Shown here: piece by piece, positions 49,009-56,225 of the stretch
Layout: the number at the start of each line of letters is the position of its first letter
How positions within the stretch are numbered: the first letter of the stretch is position 1
From: a phage
Reading direction: 5' to 3' (one strand)
Length of the DNA stretch: 64,000 nt
Sequence record: OZ346201.1
Notes under the pieces: model-generated
Told to the model about the DNA's origin: nothing
Database searches by the model: none
The model's input: only the letters and a program-made list of their open reading frames with translations
Program-made: the position numbers and the translations under genes

Positions 49009-49271
49009 TATTGTTCCTCCACCATAACTTCGCCAAGAATTTCTATGCAGGCATCCATTTCTGTAACAACCAAACTGTGAGGTAGTTCTACAAACACCTT
49101 TCTGAACAGGTCAAATACCCCAACATATATGTTTGCAGGATGTGATTTTACAACAAGTGCTGTATTCACATCCCCAAGTTCATCAACAAACATCACCACA
49201 GTGCCCGGAGCTACTGAGGACAGATACTTCTTAGTTTTACGGTTTGATGCAAATTTTAACTCTGTTGCCAT
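49008..49271 (-). CDS. small protein, tandem paralogue 1 of 4
   Basis: 87 aa, RBS GAGAGGAGG; same family. Confidence 0.5.
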   Translation of the reverse strand: MATELKFASNRKTKKYLSSVAPGTVVMFVDELGDVNTALVVKSHPANIYVGVFDLFRKVFVELPHSLVVTEMDACIEILGEVMVEEQ

Positions 49272-49286
49272 AAATAACCTCCTCTC

Positions 49287-50747
49287 TTACTTAGCGTACT
49301 CGATTAATTCCACAGTTTTCCCAAAGCTCGGGATATAATTTTTATTATACCCCTCAGTGAGGACCCATAGAGTATCGTACTTTTTCCACTTGTTGTCAAC
49401 AACCTTTTGTTCAAAGTTATGCTCAAAGTATAGGTCGGTCAGGACGATGACATCTTTTGCATTAGGTATGTTGGCATCCAGATACTCGAACACGCAAGCA
49501 GCTGTTGTGCCCCATGTTGAGTGGACCTCATAGTTGATCATCTCGTCTATGTTGCCGCGAGTGTATACTTTAACCTCTCCAACCTCAGTTGACCAACAGA
49601 ACATTGTAACCTTAAACTCTTTATACAGATTGCACAATCCGGTGATTTCATTGAACATTTTCTTTAAAGTTCTTTGAGAGATCGAGCCAGAAACGTCTAA
49701 AGCCACCACAATATCTATAGTGTTTTCCGGATTACGACCAGGAACAATAACGTGCTGGTTCTTGTTTATAGCCCCAACTTTTCGCATTGTGCTGGTCAAA
49801 GACCCAGATCGGCGACCAGGTTTTCTGTAGGTCAGTTCGGCCTTTCTTTTAGACAACATACGTTGCTTAATGATGTCTATATAGTTGATTACAGGCTTAC
49901 CTCTGTTCTTGACAAACTCACGCACCGCCTCAGGGCAACGGCCTCCGGACGCTTGCATTGCTGCCTCCAGCATATCACCAGAGTCCTGCATGGCCTGATC
50001 TTTATCAGATTGGCTGATTACAGGTTGTGGCTGATCATACCCCATAGCCTTTCCAAGATTATCACTGGTGCCACCGTTCCCACTCATGTGATCATCGGTT
50101 TGTCGCTTATCACTTTGAGAGTTCTCACCTTTACCGTTCTTACTTTTACCGTTATTCTGATCTCTTTGCTTATCAAGAACTGCATAAACGTTCTCAGCAA
50201 TCCATCCATGAAACTTCATGTCGCAGTAGCAGCTGGCTAAGAAGCCAAAAGGCTTACCTTTCATGAACGTAGTGCTTTTCCCCTTCGGGAAGAAAACACA
50301 AGGAGGTTTGCTAAAGTCAACCACAAGGCCTGTGTTGATAACGTGATCACAAGCAATATTGAACAGTTCCGGCTCAAAGCTTTTACCACGGACTAGGTGA
50401 TCACAGATAATATGCCCCACCTCATGTGACAGAAGGAAGGCCACCTCTTTCACAGATTTTGGGGAATAGAAAACTTCAGCCATCTCAAACTGCTCGTCAG
50501 TTAGAGAAGCCTTAAGAATAGCCTTGCGTTCATCAGCCAATCCCATAATGAACTCAGGACTGTAATAGATGCGTTTATGGTCGGTTGCCATGGTGGAGCA
50601 CCATGTGTGGTTTTCTACGAACTGCAACCCTGACAGTAGTGTGCCATAAAACGGCAGCTTTTCAAGGAGATACATACGTGCAGCCTGCAACATTCTCAGG
50701 GCATCATCTTTCTGCGAGGCAATGATTTCTGAACTTCTGCTATCCAT
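49287..50747 (-). CDS. metallopeptidase-like / von Willebrand factor A domain protein
   Basis: About 486 aa from the second ATG (MDSRSSE...) after GGAG; the track ATG at 50768 lies in a hairpin loop. N-terminal HExxH (SHEVGHIICDH); C-terminal VWA with MIDAS motif (VVALDVSGSIS). Confidence 0.6.
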   Translation of the reverse strand: MDSRSSEIIASQKDDALRMLQAARMYLLEKLPFYGTLLSGLQFVENHTWCSTMATDHKRIYYSPEFIMGLADERKAILKASLTDEQFEMAEVFYSPKSVKEVAFLLSHEVGHIICDHLVRGKSFEPELFNIACDHVINTGLVVDFSKPPCVFFPKGKSTTFMKGKPFGFLASCYCDMKFHGWIAENVYAVLDKQRDQNNGKSKNGKGENSQSDKRQTDDHMSGNGGTSDNLGKAMGYDQPQPVISQSDKDQAMQDSGDMLEAAMQASGGRCPEAVREFVKNRGKPVINYIDIIKQRMLSKRKAELTYRKPGRRSGSLTSTMRKVGAINKNQHVIVPGRNPENTIDIVVALDVSGSISQRTLKKMFNEITGLCNLYKEFKVTMFCWSTEVGEVKVYTRGNIDEMINYEVHSTWGTTAACVFEYLDANIPNAKDVIVLTDLYFEHNFEQKVVDNKWKKYDTLWVLTEGYNKNYIPSFGKTVELIEYAK

Positions 50748-50756
50748 TAAAACTCC

Positions 50757-50775
50757 AGAAGGGGCCATTGGCCCC
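50757..50775 (-). promoter_or_regulatory. intergenic hairpin (attenuator or terminator candidate)
   Basis: AGGGGCC-AAT-GGCCCCT between the stop of the 50781..51575 gene and the VWA gene start. Confidence 0.3.
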
Positions 50776-50780
50776 TGTCA

Positions 50781-51575
50781 TTATTTAACGTGTTTGAAAA
50801 TACCTGCCAACTCGGTCATTGTCATGCGGGTGGTCTTCATAAGATCTGTCATAGCTTTCTCCATAATTGGAGATACTACCATAAAGTTTCCTTTAGTGAA
50901 ACCTTTATTCCAGTCGGTCACCAACAGGGGTTTAAGTCCAGCTCCAAGACGTTCACCAGTTAAAGCACAGCATTTGCGAATATACGAACTCTTAAATTGG
51001 CTGAACGACAGATCAACTTTCATACCTACATCGTAGAACGTTTGACAATAGAAAGTGTAAGCTTTGGCAATCTCAACATCATCAGGTAGTGCAGGAACCT
51101 CTTCTGTAAGCTCCTCTTCGACCTCCTGAGTCTCTTTTTCCTCTTCATGCACCTGTTGCGTCATTTCTTCAATCTCTTCTGTGATAGGCTCGTTTACAAT
51201 GTCGGAAATGTGCTTCTTGGGTGCACGATAAGTAACTTTAGACATCGGTAGCATATCTTCCTCCTCTTCTTCGTCAAAGAGTGCTAGTTTATCCTCTTCC
51301 GTTCCATATTGCAAGATGAAATCTTCAAAAGTATAATCACCTTTCAATTTCTCCATACGCTCTTCGCTCAGGTGGAGCATCATCTGCTGGACAATTTTTC
51401 GATCAGTTTCGTCTTTAATCAAGACTGCAGTCTTTTTATCTACCAGACAGTCCTTTAGAGAGTTGCATCTCAATCCCACCACACAACAGTTATCAACCGC
51501 ATAAGGACCTTCATCATCTATCCGCTCCAGAGATGGGTAGAAAGGATTCCCCAGCCCGTTTTCATCTGTGTGCAT
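50781..51575 (-). CDS. hypothetical protein with Cys-rich N-terminal domain and acidic C-terminal region
   Basis: 264 aa; first 23 codons lie in the left palindrome arm; internal LPMSKVTYRA identical at 27 nt to the start of the 52791 gene; preceded internally by GAGGAGG. Confidence 0.45.
   Translation of the reverse strand: MHTDENGLGNPFYPSLERIDDEGPYAVDNCCVVGLRCNSLKDCLVDKKTAVLIKDETDRKIVQQMMLHLSEERMEKLKGDYTFEDFILQYGTEEDKLALFDEEEEEDMLPMSKVTYRAPKKHISDIVNEPITEEIEEMTQQVHEEEKETQEVEEELTEEVPALPDDVEIAKAYTFYCQTFYDVGMKVDLSFSQFKSSYIRKCCALTGERLGAGLKPLLVTDWNKGFTKGNFMVVSPIMEKAMTDLMKTTRMTMTELAGIFKHVK
51222..51248 (-). repeat. 27-bp inverted-repeat copy 1 (CCGATGTCTAAAGTTACTTATCGTGCA)
   Basis: Exact 27-nt identity, in inverse orientation, with 52788..52814. 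Confidence 0.6.
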
Positions 51576-51760
51576 GTCAAAAGGTATAAGGGTATAGTCG
51601 CATACTCCATCTCCTAAAAGTTTTTTACCAAATATTTGGTAAAAAACTTTTAGGAGATGGAGTATGCGACTATACCCTTATACCTTTTGACATGCACACA
51701 GATGAAAACGGGCTGGGGAATCCTTTCTACCCATCTCTGGAGCGGATAGATGATGAAGGT
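51507..51760. repeat. 254-bp perfect palindrome at the divergent junction
   Basis: Arms about 127 bp, centre ...TTACCAAATATTTGGTAA... at 51633/51634; the ORF-track N-terminus of the leftward gene equals the mini-ORF I translated from the right arm (MHTDENGLGNPFYPSLERIDDEG). Confidence 0.7.
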
Positions 51761-52502
51761 TATTGAGCGTAGATTGGTATCTGGGTCTGATAAGTGGACA
51801 TATTTAGATAATGAAGGACACACCTATTCCAATGGGTATGTCGATATAAAAGTAGAATACGCGGTATCATACCGCCGGAGCGGTTCTGTAACTTTCAACT
51901 TCTCTGGAGGTTTTCGATCTCTGGCTACCTCACCTTTTGTTTCCTCAGAGGAGAAGTATGAGCTGCCATTTCTTTGGATGATGGCTAACGCGACAGGAAA
52001 AACCCCCGTTAGCATCCGAGTAAAATACAACTACAACGGATCTAGTAAGATCTATGCCGAAAGTGTCTCAGCAAGTTTTTATTTTGTGATGGGGGATGGA
52101 ATCCTCAAACATATAAAGATGTGCGATATGCATGATGTTATAAATGAAGTGACTGATAAGAATGTTCTAGTGAAAGACCTCAACAATTTTTATACACCCG
52201 GAGACTATTACGTCAGCCGTCCACTGTGCATCTTTAATGCCGCACACCCTCTAGGTGAGTATTTGATCGCCAATAGCGATATTGCCAATAACCGCTTCGA
52301 GGTAGCAAGAGTTCAGAATGAGGTATTGACATCTTGCAAGAGCGGTGATAAGTTTACCGAAGAAGAGATGGGTGTTTTAGAAATGATGGGATATAAGTGT
52401 AGCCTTTGGGTAGATGAGGTGTTCAATGATTGCATCTATGGACAGGATATTTACCCATTAAAGAAGTATACTGATTCCAGTTTAATTTACGCGGAGATTT
52501 GA
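51750..52502 (+). CDS. hypothetical protein
   Basis: 250 aa; ATG lies in the last 11 nt of the right palindrome arm, RBS GGAGCGG. Confidence 0.45.
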   Translation: MMKVIERRLVSGSDKWTYLDNEGHTYSNGYVDIKVEYAVSYRRSGSVTFNFSGGFRSLATSPFVSSEEKYELPFLWMMANATGKTPVSIRVKYNYNGSSKIYAESVSASFYFVMGDGILKHIKMCDMHDVINEVTDKNVLVKDLNNFYTPGDYYVSRPLCIFNAAHPLGEYLIANSDIANNRFEVARVQNEVLTSCKSGDKFTEEEMGVLEMMGYKCSLWVDEVFNDCIYGQDIYPLKKYTDSSLIYAEI

Positions 52503-52504
52503 CT

Positions 52505-52777
52505 ATGATGAAGTCATGTGGTAGTGTATATTATGTTGGTGAGAATGTTCAGGCAGATAGTGTGTGGAAATCCATTAAGTCCACCACCGATGATGCCTTT
52601 CTGAGCGGGTTATGTTTTCCCAGCCCAGGGGACACTCTCCCTTACCCTGGAGATTTTGTTGTCAACAAGATGGACGGTTATACCGTGTGCCTGATGGTTG
52701 AAAAAATCTTTTTAGACACTAGACACAATCACCGTCTTGTGTTAAAATTTCAAGAATGTAAAATGACAATTGCCTAA
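52505..52777 (+). CDS. hypothetical protein
   Basis: Track ORF starts at a TTG at 52499; ATG 52505 after GGAGA is preferred. Confidence 0.35.
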   Translation: MMKSCGSVYYVGENVQADSVWKSIKSTTDDAFLSGLCFPSPGDTLPYPGDFVVNKMDGYTVCLMVEKIFLDTRHNHRLVLKFQECKMTIA

Positions 52778-52787
52778 GGAGACCTTG

Positions 52788-52814
52788 CCGATGTCTAAAG
52801 TTACTTATCGTGCA
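52788..52814 (+). repeat. 27-bp inverted-repeat copy 2 (CCGATGTCTAAAGTTACTTATCGTGCA)
   Basis: Exact match to the reverse complement of 51222..51248; contains the ATG and first 8 codons of the 52791 gene. Confidence 0.6.
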
Positions 52815-53147
52815 GCTATTTACTGCAATGAACACCCAATCAATAATGATGGTCACTGCCTTTTTAAAGAAAATCAATTGGGCTGTATTGTCCTCCCTGA
52901 TGAAGGGGAAGGTTATCTGATTGCGTTGACAGGGTTTGAACCTGAAGCTCTGGAAGCCAATCTTGACTACCTGGTAGAGGAGGGTGCTGCAGACCTGGTT
53001 GCCAATGGCCTCTCCATAAGCCTTGACGAAGTGGAGCGCTTCATGGGCAATTACCGTGTAGTGCGTGAGTTTACTATCGAGGTGGAAACTCCCGAGTGGG
53101 GTAGCCATGAAACTAATGCCGAAGAAAAAGAAGAGGAGGTAGAATAA
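52791..53147 (+). CDS. small acidic protein
   Basis: Track ORF starts at a TTG at 52770; ATG 52791 after AAGGAG is preferred. Strongly acidic (C-terminal EEKEEEVE). Confidence 0.45.
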   Translation: MSKVTYRAAIYCNEHPINNDGHCLFKENQLGCIVLPDEGEGYLIALTGFEPEALEANLDYLVEEGAADLVANGLSISLDEVERFMGNYRVVREFTIEVETPEWGSHETNAEEKEEEVE

Positions 53148-53404
53148 TGAAAGTGCAGATCTTGACTAATGCCGAGAAGATGTTTATTGAAGATACACCT
53201 TTTGAAGCTGGTGAGCTACAGTTCGTTTATTTTGTTGACTTAGATAAGGTGTTTCCTGCACTGAATCTAGGTTTGGATGAAGTTCCTCATAAGGTTTTGT
53301 GCCAAGTTGTTCGTGCCTTAGCGGCAGAGGGGGAGTTCCACACCCTTCAAGATATCCAGACCTACGGGTATCTTGAACTACAACGAGAAGAAGAGGTGGA
53401 CTGA
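53147..53404 (+). CDS. small acidic protein
   Basis: 85 aa, RBS GGAGG, start overlaps upstream stop. Confidence 0.4.
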   Translation: MKVQILTNAEKMFIEDTPFEAGELQFVYFVDLDKVFPALNLGLDEVPHKVLCQVVRALAAEGEFHTLQDIQTYGYLELQREEEVD

Positions 53405-53406
53405 TA

Positions 53407-53787
53407 ATGGCTCAGTGGAAGACAACAGTTGACCTTCATGATCAGTGGTTAGGACGCATCACTGAAGACGGGAAGCTAGTGGAGTGGGACAATAAGCATG
53501 TTAGCGAGTTGGCAAGTATTGTGGCTGGCAAGTTACGCTCCAAGTTCCCTGAACAACTGGATCCTGATAGTTCAAAGTTCGATCCTGAGTTAGAGGATGT
53601 TGTATACTACTTCGACACCGTTGATGACTACGACGCGTGGTTTGCAGCACGGGAGCTTTACCCACAAGGCTCTGCTATGCGCCAGATGGAAGAAGATTAT
53701 CCTCCGTGTGAGCAATTCAATAGTGCAATGACTTGCCTCTATGATTGGGCAGATAAGAACCTTGTCTGGATTCGGACTGCATTTTAG
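53407..53787 (+). CDS. small acidic protein
   Basis: 126 aa, Asp/Glu/Trp-rich. Confidence 0.4.
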   Translation: MAQWKTTVDLHDQWLGRITEDGKLVEWDNKHVSELASIVAGKLRSKFPEQLDPDSSKFDPELEDVVYYFDTVDDYDAWFAARELYPQGSAMRQMEEDYPPCEQFNSAMTCLYDWADKNLVWIRTAF

Positions 53788-53831
53788 TGGGCAGGAATGG
53801 CGGCAAGGATGCTGCTTAAGGAGTAGTAGAG

Positions 53832-54101
53832 ATGTTATACCAGCAATATGAACTTCGTGCAGAAAAAGAGTTAAATTTTGACAAAGATATTCACAGATAT
53901 TATTATGGGAAAGTTAGAGGGCAAGCAAGAAAGTGTACTCCAACACTCTTTTATGCCAGCAGACGACTAGCGCCAGAAGAGGCAACAGCAGAAAGGGTTG
54001 CGTACAACTGGAGAGTCACGTATGATATTGACAGATTCGATGTGATATCTGTTTTGGAAAACTTTGAAAACACTTACACACAAGTAGAGGACTTTTACTA
54101 A
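53832..54101 (+). CDS. hypothetical protein
   Basis: 89 aa, RBS AAGGAG. Confidence 0.4.
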   Translation: MLYQQYELRAEKELNFDKDIHRYYYGKVRGQARKCTPTLFYASRRLAPEEATAERVAYNWRVTYDIDRFDVISVLENFENTYTQVEDFY

Positions 54102-55285
54102 TGTCAAGAAACGTATTCGAAAGTGGTCAAATCACTGTCCGTGAGTTGCCAGCTATTATTCAGTTTGCCCAACGTCATAGCCGATCTGTCCTAATTTTGG
54201 GACCAATGGGTGTGGGTAAAAGCCAGGTGATGAAGCAGATCGCTGATAATATGTTCGGTGAGCGAGATGACAACCTTGTTGACGTGCGACTGTCAGATAA
54301 AGATCCTGCCGACTTATCTGGGCTACCTATCCCTGTAGAAGCGGATGGAACTACACGTACAGTGTTTGCAATTCCAGAATTTTGGCCTGCGGATCCTGAC
54401 TGGAGCGGAATTATCTTTCTGGATGAGCTCACTCATGCAGATAACTACCTGCAAAAGGTTGCAATGCAAATTATGCTTGACCACAAGTGCGGCACCTATG
54501 CATTCCCTAAGGGTTCTGTTTTTGTGGCTGCGGGTAACCGTTCTACAGATGGTGCGGTTCTTTCGGCGCTCGAAGCCCCTCTGGCTAACCGTTTTATCAT
54601 TGTAGAGGTTACAAGCAATGCAGAGGTGTTTATTGAGGACTACGCATTCCTCAACGGGGTTCACTCCTCTGTAATTGGGTATCTGAAAAGAGTTCCATCA
54701 GCTATTGATAATTATGAGGCTATGGCTGAGATTAATTGTCCATCTTTTGCCACACCACGATCTTGGGTTGCTGCATCTGACATCTTGCACGATTTTGACA
54801 GCGGTATTATTTCTGACGCTATGGCCCGTGTTCTTCTACAAGGTGCTATTGGTCACACTGCAGCGGTAGAGATCTGGACTTACCACACCAAGAAACGTAA
54901 TTTACCGGAAATCGGTCGGATTATGGCAGGTGGCTGCAAAGAATACGTAGGTCCTAAGCAGCCAGACATTTTGTGGATTCTTGGATCTGAAGGTTGTATC
55001 GCTATTCGCAATATGATGGAAAATGCAAGTATCTCCGACGAAGATCTTGTTAGCTGTGTGGCAAACTTCCTCGATTTCCTTTGGGAAAATTTCAAGGACG
55101 AGAACCGAGATTTTGTATTCTCAGTCTTTATGGCGATGATGAAACCTAACGCCTTAGGAAATGCCTTGCTTATCGGTAAAGGGCGTGACAAGATTGTTGC
55201 TCAGTTGATCAAAGCATATCCAAACCTGATGAAGATTGTAAAAGAGTTTGGTGAAGAGTTTAGCGCCATTTTGGCTAAAGCTTAA
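54101..55285 (+). CDS. MoxR-like AAA+ ATPase
   Basis: 394 aa; Walker A GPMGVGKS, Walker B IIFLDELTHA, and VAAGNRSTDG...ALEAPLANRFIIVEV typical of MoxR/AAA_5-type ATPases. Confidence 0.65.
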   Translation: MSRNVFESGQITVRELPAIIQFAQRHSRSVLILGPMGVGKSQVMKQIADNMFGERDDNLVDVRLSDKDPADLSGLPIPVEADGTTRTVFAIPEFWPADPDWSGIIFLDELTHADNYLQKVAMQIMLDHKCGTYAFPKGSVFVAAGNRSTDGAVLSALEAPLANRFIIVEVTSNAEVFIEDYAFLNGVHSSVIGYLKRVPSAIDNYEAMAEINCPSFATPRSWVAASDILHDFDSGIISDAMARVLLQGAIGHTAAVEIWTYHTKKRNLPEIGRIMAGGCKEYVGPKQPDILWILGSEGCIAIRNMMENASISDEDLVSCVANFLDFLWENFKDENRDFVFSVFMAMMKPNALGNALLIGKGRDKIVAQLIKAYPNLMKIVKEFGEEFSAILAKA

Positions 55286-55294
55286 GGGGGTTGT

Positions 55295-55675
55295 ATGGCT
55301 AAAGTAGGTAAGCGGGGAAACTACCTGGTGGTATTGACCGAGGAGCCGGAGAAGGAGTACGAGTGCAGCTCCACTTGCGTGATCGATATCCGAGAAAAGG
55401 ATGTGGATGAAATCTGGTTTGAAATATTAGACGCTTGCGACAGCAGTGATTATTTCTTCATCTATGTCAACGATAAGGCTGGATTCTTCCATGACGACGG
55501 AGAGTTGCCGTATGAAATCTATGAACTTGTAGAGGCTTGCCATCGTGGAGATGCGGAGTTGTTTGGCCTACGGCTGAAAAGCGGTAAATTCTTCTATCAA
55601 GATGAGTGCATGAATCTTCATAACTTTGTAGAGGGAACTTGCAACGATGGAGAGATTTTGGCACACTACGATTAA
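55295..55675 (+). CDS. small acidic Cys-containing protein
   Basis: 126 aa, RBS AAGGGGG; followed by a terminator. Confidence 0.4.
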   Translation: MAKVGKRGNYLVVLTEEPEKEYECSSTCVIDIREKDVDEIWFEILDACDSSDYFFIYVNDKAGFFHDDGELPYEIYELVEACHRGDAELFGLRLKSGKFFYQDECMNLHNFVEGTCNDGEILAHYD

Positions 55676-55687
55676 TTTCTAAGACCT

Positions 55688-55714
55688 CCCCCGCTTCGGC
55701 GGGGATTTTCTATT
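55688..55714 (+). terminator. intrinsic terminator
   Basis: CCCCGC-TTCG-GCGGGG followed by ATTTTCTATTT; same stem sequence as the 29361 terminator. Confidence 0.6.
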
Positions 55715-55724
55715 TGGAGTCATT

Positions 55725-56225
55725 GTGAAAATTAAGATCTTTGCTATTATTTTGAGCGCACTTTTATCGCTGCCTGTTGTTGCAGCACCAAAACAAAAAG
55801 TATATCATACTTGCAAGCCATCAGATACTAAGGAAAACATTCTGGCATGCAATATCTACAGGGAAGCTAGAGGAGATGGCACGATGGGTATGCTGGCATC
55901 TGGGTTTGCCACACTAAACAGGAAATCCCACCCTAAATACCCAGACACTATAAGAAAGATTGTCTACCAACCTAACCAGTTTTCGTGGACAAACCACGGC
56001 AAAACTTTTAAGGTGACAGAAAAAGATTCATGGGATCACGCTAAAAGTCTTGCAAAGATGCTTCTAAAGGTCTATAATAACAACCATGTTGCATACATGG
56101 CTATGGACATAACAGGTGGAGCAACACACTACCATACAACCAAAGTACGACCGAAATGGGCAAAAAAGATGCAGAGGACAGCTCAATTCGGGAGCCATAT
56201 CTACTACAAGGAGCGCAATAAATGA
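55725..56225 (+). CDS. secreted cell-wall hydrolase (SleB/CwlJ-like), endolysin candidate
   Basis: 166 aa, GTG start after GGAG; N-terminal signal peptide MKIKIFAIILSALLSLPVVAAP; NIYREARGDG...YQPNQFSW region resembles the Hydrolase_2 family. Confidence 0.5.
   Translation: MKIKIFAIILSALLSLPVVAAPKQKVYHTCKPSDTKENILACNIYREARGDGTMGMLASGFATLNRKSHPKYPDTIRKIVYQPNQFSWTNHGKTFKVTEKDSWDHAKSLAKMLLKVYNNNHVAYMAMDITGGATHYHTTKVRPKWAKKMQRTAQFGSHIYYKERNK

Noticed and set aside
50781-51575. N-terminal Cys-rich domain of the leftward gene as an HNH homing endonuclease
   Set aside because: The residues DENG...VDNCC...CNSLKDC are suggestive, but the canonical HNH His-Asn-His spacing could not be confirmed by eye; left as hypothetical.
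51636-51646. TGGTAAAAA near the palindrome centre as a copy of the late -10 motif
   Set aside because: It resembles GGTAAAATAC, but no acceptable -35 hexamer lies at 17-nt spacing on either strand; not called as a promoter.
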